IMG/VR virus record: IMGVR_UViG_3300018890_000002
Location: 17,219-81,218 of that record
DNA length: 64,000 nucleotides
Source: a virus
Strand: one strand, 5' to 3'
This document shows positions 19,241 to 29,002 of the stretch, piece after piece. Numbering within the stretch: position 1 is the stretch's first letter; each line of letters opens with the position of its first letter. The notes beneath the pieces were generated by a model. The model was not told the origin of the DNA. It saw nothing but the letters and a program-made list of their open reading frames with translations, and ran no database searches. Made by a program: the position numbers and the translations under genes.

Positions 19241-19331
19241 TTGATTGTGCAATTTGTTTTTGTAGGAGAAGTGAAATATCTTCTATCTTTTTTATTAATA
19301 GATATAATTAAAGATAAAACATAATAAATAT

Positions 19332-19664
19332 ATGCCACATTTAATTTATACTACTCTCTATCCAATACCAATTACTACTAATAATCAAGCTACTCAAAGA
19401 ATAGCAGAAGACTCTACTTGTTATCTCTTAGAGGTTATTAAATTTCAAGATAAGACTATAAGAGGAGTGACTAAAGATAGGACACTCTGGTTCTTAGCTG
19501 AAGACATACTAAAAACATTATCTAGTCCTTATGAGAAACAAAGACTCTTAGATAATATAAAAGATGAGTATAAGAAATTTATTTATATAGTAGATGATGT
19601 AGGAACTAGAAGACATCTTTTAATGATTAGTATGAAAGGTATAATAGATCGATTAGTTAATTAA
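19332..19664 (+). CDS. Bro-N domain protein
   Basis: FQDKTIRGVTKDRTLWFLAEDILKTL...LLMISMKGI. Confidence 0.7.
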   Translation: MPHLIYTTLYPIPITTNNQATQRIAEDSTCYLLEVIKFQDKTIRGVTKDRTLWFLAEDILKTLSSPYEKQRLLDNIKDEYKKFIYIVDDVGTRRHLLMISMKGIIDRLVN

Positions 19665-19673
19665 TAAAGAAAA

Positions 19674-19889
19674 ATGGTCACTAACTGGACAACACTTTAC
19701 GTTAAATTAAATGGAGAAATGAAGAGAATAGGTAATGTAAATCCTAAGACAGGAGCAGTCTCTTTGTATTCTGAAGGATATAAATACTATGACTCACCAG
19801 ATCTCTATTATGTGAATACACAAGGACTATATAGGAATATTAATTCCTATCTCTTTTTTATTATATCACAGAGGGAAGAAAAAGTGTAG
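19674..19889 (+). CDS. Small hypothetical protein related to the 22.3-24 kb repeat family
   Basis: RIGNVNPKTGAVSLY motif. Confidence 0.55.
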   Translation: MVTNWTTLYVKLNGEMKRIGNVNPKTGAVSLYSEGYKYYDSPDLYYVNTQGLYRNINSYLFFIISQREEKV

Positions 19890-19947
19890 TATTAGAGCTA
19901 TATAAGAATAGAGATACTAAAAAATATTCTCTACTCTCAATACTCTA

Positions 19948-21774
19948 CTAAAAACAATATCCTAAAACTTTCTTGCCTTCTATTTTTCTAGAAGTCTCAG
20001 AACCAGGAATATATTTGAGAACATCTAACCCTTTAGCTTTTTTATCTAACCTTAAGCTGATATAAATTTCGGCTAAGATATTTTTGCAATCGTTCATACT
20101 ATAAAAAGTATTTTTCTCAAAAGTCTTTTCTAATTTATCTTTAATAACGTTTTGAACTTCTTGGCATTGAGCATATATCTCATTATTAATTTTTTTCTTA
20201 ACGTATTTTAAAGACCTAATACGAGAGATACCTAGAATTTCTACTGCTTTCTTGATTGAGTTATCAAGACTATTAATCTCAGCTAAAGTTTCTAAGTCCA
20301 ATTCACTCAATTCTTCTTTAGACATAATTTCAACATACTGCTTGAGCATTGCTTGGTAACTAATGCTAGTAGTATTATATAAGAAATCATCTTCGATCTT
20401 TTCATATTCCTGATTACCCTCAAGAGTAAAACCCGCATCAATATATCCTTGTCTAATACTTAATCCACTACTATAAATGCCGTGAATAACCTCATAGTTA
20501 AATTCTTCGTTTAGCTTTTTAAGTTCGTTGAATTCAATAGTATTGGTTTCTGAATTGTACTGAATATAAAAATCATCTAAATCTAATTGATATAGTTTTT
20601 TATAAGCTTCTTTCTCTAAATCCTCCATTTTATTATTAAACATATTAATGTGAACAAGAGTATCTTTAACTTTATTCTCTACTGTATTTTGGAATTCTTT
20701 TTCATCTAGTTCATATACTCCAGTGTTGTAGATATGGAAGATAGTATCTTTAAATGGATTATTAATGTTTCGTATCCTACCTGCAATTTGAGTAATATCT
20801 GTGGAGATGTCTAGTAGAGTATGTTTTTTACTAACTCCACTTACTACATAGATCACTCCACTATCTGAATAGAAATCAACTCCAAGGAAAGACTTAGATG
20901 TTACGAACGTGAATGGTTTATTTGGATCATGTACCTTGCTAATACCAAAATCTTCTAAGAGATACTTATTTCTATCACTTTCACCACAGATGATTTTTAC
21001 TTCATCAGGAGTTAGATTAGCATTATCTAAGATATCTTTAATAATACGAACAGAGTTAACAAAAAAATAAGCTTCATGACTAATGTGGTTTCCTATTTTT
21101 AGTTGATAGCCATTAGCTTTATATTTAGCGATAATTTTTACTACATTAGCAAAGGGAGTATTAGTCTTCTTTCTATGTAGTTTAATTTGTCTAGTTACCC
21201 ATTTAACTTCTGTGTAATCTAAGTCAGCTAATATCTTAGGAGTAAACTTTGGCTTAATAGGTGTGGCGGATAGATACGTTACATAGTTGAACTTACTAGA
21301 TTCTTCTAATAAAGTATCAATAGCTTTATCTCGGTATGAGTAGTCACTAAGTATTTTATGATACTCATCAACTAAGAGTTTGTATTCAGTATAAGCGTCT
21401 ATCTCTAATGCCTTTAACCAATTAACTGTTTTGTGCAATGAGTTATAAGTGGTAAATATTTTAATATTCGATTGATTTGCTTTAATTTGTTTAGCAAAAG
21501 TTTTATAATCCATATCTCCGTATACCCCAATAATTTGAGTGTTCTGACTCATTTTGTTACTGATAATCTCAATAGTGGGAACAGCTACAATATATGGATC
21601 AAGAGATACGGTAGCTAGAAAAGTACCTCCTACTCCAGTAGCTCCTTTGTTGAATATACCTTGAGGTAACTCCGACATGAACTCACTGAGATAGATGGCG
21701 GGGGCTGGCGCTTCGATTGTGTGAATAGTCATAAATTTTGAGAGGGAATATATTTTAGTTGTGTCTACTATCAT
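19948..21774 (-). CDS. SF2 helicase-like protein, paralog of 40273..42066
   Basis: KGATGVGGT (degenerate Walker A), LLVDEYH, LSATP, QIAGRIR. Confidence 0.8.
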   Translation of the reverse strand: MIVDTTKIYSLSKFMTIHTIEAPAPAIYLSEFMSELPQGIFNKGATGVGGTFLATVSLDPYIVAVPTIEIISNKMSQNTQIIGVYGDMDYKTFAKQIKANQSNIKIFTTYNSLHKTVNWLKALEIDAYTEYKLLVDEYHKILSDYSYRDKAIDTLLEESSKFNYVTYLSATPIKPKFTPKILADLDYTEVKWVTRQIKLHRKKTNTPFANVVKIIAKYKANGYQLKIGNHISHEAYFFVNSVRIIKDILDNANLTPDEVKIICGESDRNKYLLEDFGISKVHDPNKPFTFVTSKSFLGVDFYSDSGVIYVVSGVSKKHTLLDISTDITQIAGRIRNINNPFKDTIFHIYNTGVYELDEKEFQNTVENKVKDTLVHINMFNNKMEDLEKEAYKKLYQLDLDDFYIQYNSETNTIEFNELKKLNEEFNYEVIHGIYSSGLSIRQGYIDAGFTLEGNQEYEKIEDDFLYNTTSISYQAMLKQYVEIMSKEELSELDLETLAEINSLDNSIKKAVEILGISRIRSLKYVKKKINNEIYAQCQEVQNVIKDKLEKTFEKNTFYSMNDCKNILAEIYISLRLDKKAKGLDVLKYIPGSETSRKIEGKKVLGYCF

Positions 21775-22271
21775 TATAGCTCGAATACTACAAAAAATCT
21801 TCTCTCTGATAAATTAGAGAATAAAAAATTCAGTTTAGGAATATAAAAAGCTACTATGTAAACTAAAAATTATTCACTTCGATTATGAAAAATAAGTTGT
21901 GGATTTTTTAAATTATGTATTATTGTTAATGCTCATTTTTGAAAATTAGTCCACAGTTTGAAAATATTTATTTAGTAGAATAATAGGTTAATGTCCAGTA
22001 GGATAATCTGAGAAATTGCAACTATTAATTACGGTAGCATTGTTACTTCTTATCTAGTTGTGATATAATGAGCTAAATAACTTAGGAGATTAGTGTGACT
22101 GAAGAAAAAGAAGTTAAACTTAAATTAGTAAGAATAGAACAAGACAAAAGTGCTAAGATTTTTGTTTATCGTGAAATTAAAGAGAAAAAATAGTATCACT
22201 AGAATCATTCCTAAAAAAGAGTTAAGAGACTTAGTTATGAAGAACGACAAAACATAGAAAATAAAAAGCTT

Positions 22272-22646
22272 ATGACTATTGAAGAGGAGGAATTAACTAT
22301 ATCTTCTAATGTAGGTATAAAAGGAATGCCTGGTTCTACTCGTTGGGTCTACAAGGAAAGCTATGAAACAGGTAGAAAAGTTAAGATAGGGATTCTAGCT
22401 GAAGATAATGTGATTGAGTTATATCCACCTAAAGATACTACTATTTATCAGCCTACCCTATATTCCCTTTCTTGGTATGTTGAGTCTATAGGATATGAAG
22501 GAACTGACCAATATATAAGTATTGAGCCTATGAACTTTATTAATGAGATAGTAGTTAAGAGAAAAGAGTTAGGTCTGGTAGATAAGGTAACTGGTTATAT
22601 AACTGATGAAGGTAAAGCAATCTATTACGATCAATATAGGACTTAA
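22272..22646 (+). CDS. Tandem-paralog family protein (IG-x-x-D/N-G-x-I/V repeats)
   Basis: KIGILAEDNVI; VTGYITDEGKAIYYDQY. Confidence 0.65.
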   Translation: MTIEEEELTISSNVGIKGMPGSTRWVYKESYETGRKVKIGILAEDNVIELYPPKDTTIYQPTLYSLSWYVESIGYEGTDQYISIEPMNFINEIVVKRKELGLVDKVTGYITDEGKAIYYDQYRT

Positions 22647-22647
22647 T

Positions 22648-22871
22648 ATGACTTATATACTAGACTTTGTGAATAACTATAATTCTCCTAAGAGAGATGG
22701 AATTACTGTTTATAAAACTCATAGTAGAATAGAAGTTGGTTTAGTGGTAAATGGTAAGATAGTTTTCAATATAATAGAGAAGTATTTGTAAGAGAAGAGT
22801 TACATACTTGGTCTATTGGTTATTGGGAGAATGATACTTTAGTTCTTTGGAGTCAATATGAATATTCCTGA
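22648..22871 (+). pseudogene. Disrupted member of the tandem-paralog family
   Basis: EVGLVVNGKIVFN ends at TAA 22791; second repeat SIGYWENDTLVLWSQY continues in another frame. Confidence 0.5.
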
Positions 22872-23079
22872 TGATCCTTGGAGTAATCAAGAAGTAGCTA
22901 TTAGTTTTGAAGATAATAATAATTGTCTTGAGGGTTACGTAGATGATAAAGGTAATGTAGCCCTTAAGTGGTCATCTAGTGTAGACCCATTAGATAATTC
23001 TAATATGTGTCTTATTGGGTCTTTGGTAGACGGAAAGTTAAATCTTAAATGGGTGAGAGAATATGAAATTTCTATCTAG
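22858..23079 (+). CDS. Tandem-paralog family protein
   Basis: LEGYVDDKGNVALKW and LIGSLVDGKLNLKW. Confidence 0.65.
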   Translation: MNIPDDPWSNQEVAISFEDNNNCLEGYVDDKGNVALKWSSSVDPLDNSNMCLIGSLVDGKLNLKWVREYEISI

Positions 23080-23524
23080 TTTATTCAGTCGGATGACCCG
23101 TCTTCGGAAGTGGTGGCAAAAAGAAGAGAATAATCGACTACAAGGAGATAAAAAGCAAGATGTAGTTTCTCCTATTACTTTTGTTTCTCAGCATGATTAT
23201 CCACTGTGCTATAAGTATTGTGTTGATACACATAAATATAATGTCATAGGTACTATTGTTGATGAAGAGATTGTGTTTGATAAGATTTATCCATTACGAG
23301 ATAATCACATTCCTAGAGCTTATCAGTATGTTTTCTTTCGCAAAGCGGTGCCAGACGCTATTAAGGAAGATAGGAAAGGTGAGCGAAGTGAGACAAACTT
23401 TAAGACATTTATTCCAAAGAATGTTCCACAACAAGTTAGGATTAATGAAGATACTAGCTATGTTATAGGGTTTTTGAGAAATGGTAAGATTGTGTACTAC
23501 GATCAATGTTTATTAGGAGAGTAA
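23063..23524 (+). CDS. Tandem-paralog family protein
   Basis: VIGTIVDEEIVFD; VIGFLRNGKIVYYDQC. Confidence 0.65.
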   Translation: MKFLSSLFSRMTRLRKWWQKEENNRLQGDKKQDVVSPITFVSQHDYPLCYKYCVDTHKYNVIGTIVDEEIVFDKIYPLRDNHIPRAYQYVFFRKAVPDAIKEDRKGERSETNFKTFIPKNVPQQVRINEDTSYVIGFLRNGKIVYYDQCLLGE

Positions 23525-23525
23525 T

Positions 23526-23759
23526 ATGAATTTGATTACCATAGTAGAGAAGTTAGATACTATTATTAAGCTATTAACTCCTCCATCCGTTACGAGTAGC
23601 AACGAGCATTCTCTTCAAAGTAGAGATATTACAGAAGCTAAGAAAAGAGAGTCGCAACTCCTTCGCTTAGTAGTTGAACGTAACGCTAAAGGTAAGAGAG
23701 TAAGAGATGGCTATTTAAATGAAGATGGTAGTGTTGAGTGGATTAGGAGTTACAAATGA
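23526..23759 (+). CDS. Tandem-paralog family protein
   Basis: RDGYLNEDGSVEW. Confidence 0.6.
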   Translation: MNLITIVEKLDTIIKLLTPPSVTSSNEHSLQSRDITEAKKRESQLLRLVVERNAKGKRVRDGYLNEDGSVEWIRSYK

Positions 23760-23762
23760 ACA

Positions 23763-23987
23763 AAATACATAAGAGACCTACTATTAGTAGGAACCGTAAG
23801 TGATAAGAGTAATATTATCTTTAATGAACCTAATAAAGTTATCCATTAAGTAGATTATGAATATCCAACTTTATATAATTACAGAGAACTTTTAGTAGAT
23901 ATTTATGAAGGGGATTTTTGCTCTATTGGTTACTCTGATAATGGTAAAGTGATTTATTGGGGTCAATACGTTAAAGAGTATATCTGA
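23763..23987 (+). pseudogene. Degenerate member of the tandem-paralog family with in-frame TAA
   Basis: ...LVGTVSDKSNIIFNEPNKVIH*VDYEY...SIGYSDNGKVIYWGQYVKEYI* in one frame, no start codon. Confidence 0.55.
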
Positions 23988-24012
23988 TTTTTTTTAAATA
24001 GAGAAAATACAA

Positions 24013-24050
24013 GACTCCTTATTAATTAGTATTAGGGAGTTTTTTGTTTT
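24013..24050 (+). terminator. Intrinsic terminator
   Basis: GACTCCTTA...TAGGGAGTT followed by a T-tract. Confidence 0.7.
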
Positions 24051-24113
24051 GGGGAATTGTTGTCTGCTTGCAATTATCTAAGTTACAATGTAGATTCATA
24101 ATGAGGAATTAGT

Positions 24114-24443
24114 ATGAGAATTCAGCAACGCTATAAAGAACCAATCGAAGGACTTCATATTGAGACTGGTGGAAGTAGCTCGCTAGAGCCTCACTTTGGG
24201 ATATTAGTATCTCCTCTAGCTAACTCAATTCCTGATACTCATCAACCATCTAATTTTAAGATTCTATTCGTCTTTAGTATTGCTACTTTCATTGGTTTAT
24301 TTATTGGATGGTTCTTGACTAACTCAATAAATAATGAGAAGTTGAAGTCTGCGGAGTTGAATACTAATCTTGCTAAACTCAATCTTGCTAAGAATCAAGA
24401 GCAGATAGATAATTTCTGTAGAGCAAACTCATCCTTAAGATAG
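24114..24443 (+). CDS. Single-TM coiled-coil protein (module gene 1)
   Basis: ILFVFSIATFIGLFIGWFL. Confidence 0.7.
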   Translation: MRIQQRYKEPIEGLHIETGGSSSLEPHFGILVSPLANSIPDTHQPSNFKILFVFSIATFIGLFIGWFLTNSINNEKLKSAELNTNLAKLNLAKNQEQIDNFCRANSSLR

Positions 24444-24531
24444 CCAAGCTCAGCAGTATGAAACGATAAATAAGCAAACTCATCCATTAGGTTCAGGGAG
24501 CATCTAAGTAGACAAAAAATAGGGTAAAGCA

Positions 24532-25140
24532 ATGGTTAAAAAAGCTAAGGACGTAAATCTTGGGTTAAGTAATGTTCCTAAATGGTTGTCAGGAGTTAAG
24601 ATTCCTTCGATTCTGGTAAAAACGTTCGGCATTAATCCAGGACAAATGGGAGGACTAACTTTAGATTCATTATCTCAAGCTAAGGCATTATCTGAAGGGG
24701 CATTACTCCAAGTAGAGATGGCTCATAAGTTCTTTGATTATTTGAAGAATATATGTGAATCTCATGAGGAAATAGAGAGACTCAGAGCTGATGCAGTTAA
24801 GCTAATGTACTCAACTAAGGAAAGAGAAGATAGTTCTATTATGTCTGCTCTTTTAGCTGAGACTAAATATCAGGAGCATTATGAGACTTGGCAGCATAAA
24901 TTAGCTGGTAGTCAAGAACTTATTAAGCAGAAAGGAAAGTTAGATAGAGATTATTTAACTGAGAATTTTAAGAATAAACTCTTAATAGCTATTGAGTTTG
25001 GTAAAAGGAAGAAAGAAAAATCAGATAACTCCGTTAAAGCGTTAAAAGCTAATAATGGAAAAGCAATTAAAGAAGATTTAGAAAGAGAAAAGCAATTGAA
25101 AGAAGCTAGAGCTAAATTTGACCAACTTATTAAGAGGTAA
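24532..25140 (+). CDS. Coiled-coil protein (module gene 2)
   Basis: Helical, charged. Confidence 0.7.
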   Translation: MVKKAKDVNLGLSNVPKWLSGVKIPSILVKTFGINPGQMGGLTLDSLSQAKALSEGALLQVEMAHKFFDYLKNICESHEEIERLRADAVKLMYSTKEREDSSIMSALLAETKYQEHYETWQHKLAGSQELIKQKGKLDRDYLTENFKNKLLIAIEFGKRKKEKSDNSVKALKANNGKAIKEDLEREKQLKEARAKFDQLIKR

Positions 25141-25145
25141 GAGTT

Positions 25146-25658
25146 ATGTATTTATATCCTATGGGGGATGATAATGGAAGTGCTATTGATCCTAAAAATA
25201 TCTATAAGTCTGCTGAGATAATAGATGTTGAATCAGAACAGTATGAGGAAGAAGAACTTTTATCTCAGAATAATCAATATAAAAGAATTACTAAGCAATG
25301 GTTAATCTTACAAGAAGTTTCAAGAGCTATTTTATTCACTTCTGGAACATCTTGGATATTTTTAGTCTTTAGGTCTATTAATTGGTTCCCGTTAGTCATA
25401 GGACTTAATATACTTTTTTTCTTAGCTATAGGAGTTATATTTTCTATGTCTTGGAGTAAGTTGAAGGTAATAGATAGAGTTAGGTTATTTGTGAGTGGAA
25501 TAGCTACAGGCTTTGCTTCTGCTATTAGTGGTTCTGATATTCTTTATTTTTGGTTTATGAATAACCAAATATTAGCTTTATCTATAGTAGTTACTGTATT
25601 AGTGGTTCTTAGTCTTATAGGAATATTAGGCTATAGGACTAAAGTGTTGAGGTATTAA
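25146..25658 (+). CDS. Polytopic membrane protein, about 4 TM (module gene 3)
   Basis: Four hydrophobic segments after an acidic N-terminus. Confidence 0.75.
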   Translation: MYLYPMGDDNGSAIDPKNIYKSAEIIDVESEQYEEEELLSQNNQYKRITKQWLILQEVSRAILFTSGTSWIFLVFRSINWFPLVIGLNILFFLAIGVIFSMSWSKLKVIDRVRLFVSGIATGFASAISGSDILYFWFMNNQILALSIVVTVLVVLSLIGILGYRTKVLRY

Positions 25659-25659
25659 T

Positions 25660-26166
25660 ATGAAAAAGAACTTAAGAGCTATTGGTATTTTCGTAGGATG
25701 TATAAGTGCTTCTTGTGCATTGATGGTACTATCTGCTCTTACTCCTAAACAAAATTTATATCTTATCAATAATCAAATTAATACTTTAACGACTAAGACT
25801 AACGATAAAAAAATACAATCTAACTATACTTTTTTAGCTTTTATATTACTCTCAGGAGCTATTCCATTTGCTGCTATGTCTTTATTAGTTGTGTCTAATA
25901 GATTACCAGAGATAGAGTTAGAAGCTGAGGAGTATAATAAGCAGAAAGAAATAAGAAGAATAAGAAAAAACTCCGAATTAGAAACTGAGAAGGAGTTATG
26001 TAATGCTAATAAAACTGTAACTGTCACTGCTCATGAGAAGAATTTAGAGAGTGCATTTGTTGAGTTAGCTGAAGCTAGTGATTGGCATTATGTATCAGAT
26101 AATGATGAGGAAGAAGTAAAAGATAGTAACTCATTAGTAATAGAAGATCAAAAAAAAAATTCTTGA
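25660..26166 (+). CDS. 2-TM coiled-coil membrane anchor, ends at an A10 slippery run
   Basis: Two hydrophobic helices; GATCAAAAAAAAAATTCTTGA at the 3' end. Confidence 0.75.
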   Translation: MKKNLRAIGIFVGCISASCALMVLSALTPKQNLYLINNQINTLTTKTNDKKIQSNYTFLAFILLSGAIPFAAMSLLVVSNRLPEIELEAEEYNKQKEIRRIRKNSELETEKELCNANKTVTVTAHEKNLESAFVELAEASDWHYVSDNDEEEVKDSNSLVIEDQKKNS

Positions 26167-27344
26167 ACTCTGAGAGATATCACGAAAATAGACTACTAAA
26201 TGATTTAGCTTACTCCGATAAGTCCATTATTATTAGTGGTTCTAACGGTTCAGGTAAGAGTCATACATTAAGTCTATATTTGAGATTGCTATATGAACAA
26301 GCTAGAAATAAGGATCAAGTTGCATCTACCTGGATATTAGCTAGAAAGAATGATAGTTTCTGTGGATTGAGAGAAGCAGATAAATTAGTTATCTTCAATA
26401 CTTTAGACCCTAGTGAAGCTTTTAAGTTAATAGAGAAGACTTATAAAAACTTTCAAGCTCGACTTAAAGTAGTTGAAGAAGTAGATAGAGTTAATCTTCC
26501 ACCTTTGAGATTAATATTAGAAGATTGGTCATCTACTGTAATGATACTTAAGAAAGCTCATAAAACTCTTTGGACTAAGATTGAGTTAATGCTTCTTGAT
26601 ATTATTACTGTTGGTAGAGAATATAATGTTTGCTTAGTAATCTTAACTCATACGATTGGTTTAGAAGCTTTAGGATTAGTGGTAGATTCAAATTTAAGAG
26701 CCAATCTTACTATTGTTGTTCAAGGTCTTATTAGAAATGAGTTAGGAAAGATTAAAGGAGACTATTTATTGATTGAGCTAGCTATTAAGAATCAGTTTAT
26801 TGTTCCCGATAATTCATTGAGATCTGTTTATTTAACTCAAGTGAATGATTTGATACCTGAATCGAGAAAAGAACAAGTTCCTATTTATTTCACTACTTTG
26901 GGAAATGGTGGAGTTGGTCTTCTTCCTTATATTCAAAAGTCTAATATTGATTTTACTGAGAGGGAGATAGATGAGGATTTAGTCTTTAGAAATAATAATG
27001 AGTTTAGGTTATCTGAGAAGTTAGAGGATGATGGGGATGTTAGAGATTCATTAGAGAGGTTATATGAGTTAGAGGAAGTGAAAGAAGAAATAGATGATAT
27101 GATAGAGATGAAATCACAAGAAGATAGCGAGTTAGAAGAAAGTGAAATCATTTATTATACTGCTTTAAGACTTAATAAGAAAAATGCAATTGAGCTAATT
27201 TATAAGTTAAAGGTAGAAATGAAACATACACAGACTCAAATTATATGGATGTTATGGAATGCTAAACCAGGAGTAACTAAAGCTTATAAGAATGCTGTTA
27301 GCGAGTATAAAGAATTAATGAGGGATGAAATAAATGAAGAGTAA
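26163..27344 (+). CDS. FtsK/HerA/TraD-like P-loop ATPase with C-terminal HTH-like tail
   Basis: IIISGSNGSGKS Walker A, LRLILEDW Walker B, GREYNVCLVILTH; TTG start, possibly reached by -1 frameshift. Confidence 0.8.
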   Translation: MNSERYHENRLLNDLAYSDKSIIISGSNGSGKSHTLSLYLRLLYEQARNKDQVASTWILARKNDSFCGLREADKLVIFNTLDPSEAFKLIEKTYKNFQARLKVVEEVDRVNLPPLRLILEDWSSTVMILKKAHKTLWTKIELMLLDIITVGREYNVCLVILTHTIGLEALGLVVDSNLRANLTIVVQGLIRNELGKIKGDYLLIELAIKNQFIVPDNSLRSVYLTQVNDLIPESRKEQVPIYFTTLGNGGVGLLPYIQKSNIDFTEREIDEDLVFRNNNEFRLSEKLEDDGDVRDSLERLYELEEVKEEIDDMIEMKSQEDSELEESEIIYYTALRLNKKNAIELIYKLKVEMKHTQTQIIWMLWNAKPGVTKAYKNAVSEYKELMRDEINEE

Positions 27345-27954
27345 AGTTTCAGGTTACGTTTATATTGTTGGTGCAGTGGGAACTCGATATTTTAAGATTG
27401 GCATTAGTCAAGAGTCAGTAATGAGAAGGTTGTGTAATCTTCAAACAGGTTCTCCTCTTAAATTAAGGTATGTTTATCATGGTTACGTAGCTAATATGTT
27501 TCAAACAGAAAAAGACTTACATAAGATATTTAGTTCTTTTCGTACTATTGGTGAATGGTTTTCTTTAACTACTGAGGGTGTACAAGAATGTATTACTCTA
27601 ATAAGGTTAATGCAGGTAGAGGAACAAAAAGAAGAAGTGAGTAAACCTATACTAATGGAGGAGGAAGATTTAGAAGAAGAACCATTTTGTGATATTGCTT
27701 GGAATGTTAAATTAGTTAAAGAATATTACCCAAATACTTCTCTTGAAGATTTGTTCTTATCAATACGTAACTCAGCTTTATCTGGAAAAACTGCTAGATA
27801 TATTATAAGAACTGTTTTAAAGTTTACTGATGGAAAAAACCATCCTACTAAGAGTTACACGAATCATGGAAAAACATTGTTGAAATGGTTGATAATAAAT
27901 TATGACTTTAATGATGAAGTTTATAATTTACCTGAGATACAAAAGTTATTTTGA
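27334..27954 (+). CDS. GIY-YIG-like (T5orf172/MUG113) domain protein
   Basis: GYVYIV...FKIGIS...RRLCNLQTGSP...EKDLHKIF...GEWF. Confidence 0.85.
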   Translation: MKSKVSGYVYIVGAVGTRYFKIGISQESVMRRLCNLQTGSPLKLRYVYHGYVANMFQTEKDLHKIFSSFRTIGEWFSLTTEGVQECITLIRLMQVEEQKEEVSKPILMEEEDLEEEPFCDIAWNVKLVKEYYPNTSLEDLFLSIRNSALSGKTARYIIRTVLKFTDGKNHPTKSYTNHGKTLLKWLIINYDFNDEVYNLPEIQKLF

Positions 27955-27972
27955 TATTAACTAATACTCAAT

Positions 27973-28012
27973 AAAAAAACTCCTTAACTTAATTGCTAGG
28001 GAGTTTCTTTTT
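27973..28012. terminator. Bidirectional intrinsic terminator
   Basis: A-tract, ACTCCTTA...TAGGGAGT, T-tract, between convergent genes. Confidence 0.75.
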
Positions 28013-28015
28013 ATC

Positions 28016-28699
28016 TTAGTAAGACTCTATCTCTGTTATTGCTTTAGCGTTTATTACATTTATATCTTCTACTGCTCGTTTCTCTTGTTTCATATTTTGT
28101 TCTATTCGCTGTCTTTCCTCTAAGAGTTTTTTGATTTTTTCATCCATTGCTTGAGGGTTTTGTTTTAGTTTAGTTAGTTGTTTAGTTCTTTCTTTTGTTT
28201 GTATTTCTTCTAAGTGTTCTTGTAAGGATTCAGTTCCCATTATTGCTTTAGTTAATGTATGAACTTTTCCTATTACTTCAACTATATCTTTTAAGTCTCT
28301 TGGATTGATTTGAGGCATTTCTTCTAGGTCATATCCTTCTTCGTTTGCACTCTTAAATGCTTGAGGATATTGATTGAAGTATGCGTTAATTAGTTGTGCA
28401 GTCTTTCCTAGTTGAGCAAGAGCTAAAGTATCTGACATATTAGATTCACCTAATATTGATGTTACTTTACCTTCTGTCATCCTCCTTCTTAACTTAGAGT
28501 CTAAGAGGTTTCTTTGATGTGTCCATTTATCTCTATGAGCTTTGTCGGTTAGAGTATTAACTGATATTTCATGTTTTTCAGCTAATCGTTTCATTGTGTA
28601 TGGTCTATGACATTCTATCCCTTCTTTATTGAGATAGATTTCTCCTACCATATAATCTAATCTGATTGAATCCCAATCCCATTTTTTGGGGAACGGCAT
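28016..28699 (-). CDS. terS: Terminase small subunit (HTH)
   Basis: WDWDSIRLDY...TMKRLAEKHEISVNTLTDKAHRDKW is a typical TerS N-terminus; helical C-terminus. Confidence 0.65.
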   Translation of the reverse strand: MPFPKKWDWDSIRLDYMVGEIYLNKEGIECHRPYTMKRLAEKHEISVNTLTDKAHRDKWTHQRNLLDSKLRRRMTEGKVTSILGESNMSDTLALAQLGKTAQLINAYFNQYPQAFKSANEEGYDLEEMPQINPRDLKDIVEVIGKVHTLTKAIMGTESLQEHLEEIQTKERTKQLTKLKQNPQAMDEKIKKLLEERQRIEQNMKQEKRAVEDINVINAKAITEIESY

Positions 28700-28914
28700 A
28701 TATTATTCCTTGAATATCGTATAAATTTTTAGTCTTTCTATTTTATTTTACTTGCTTTTGAATAATTATATTTTGTGTATTGTTTTGGGTTGTTTATGTT
28801 GATTAGTTGTTAAAGGGTTTGGTGTTTAGTAACTCACACTTTCGTTGCATACGCACCTTCCCACATCCCAGCCACCTATTACCTCTCAGCACTCACAGTC
28901 CTATAGCGTATCAC

Positions 28915-28943
28915 TTGACAGCCTGTCCATCATCTGCTATCCT
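28915..28943 (+). promoter_or_regulatory. Early sigma70 promoter P1
   Basis: TTGACA-17-TATCCT with extended -10 TG. Confidence 0.6.
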
Positions 28944-29002
28944 CTATTACTCTTCATAAGCTCTACTTATAACTATAACCCTTACTCATTAGCTATTCTC
29001 AT

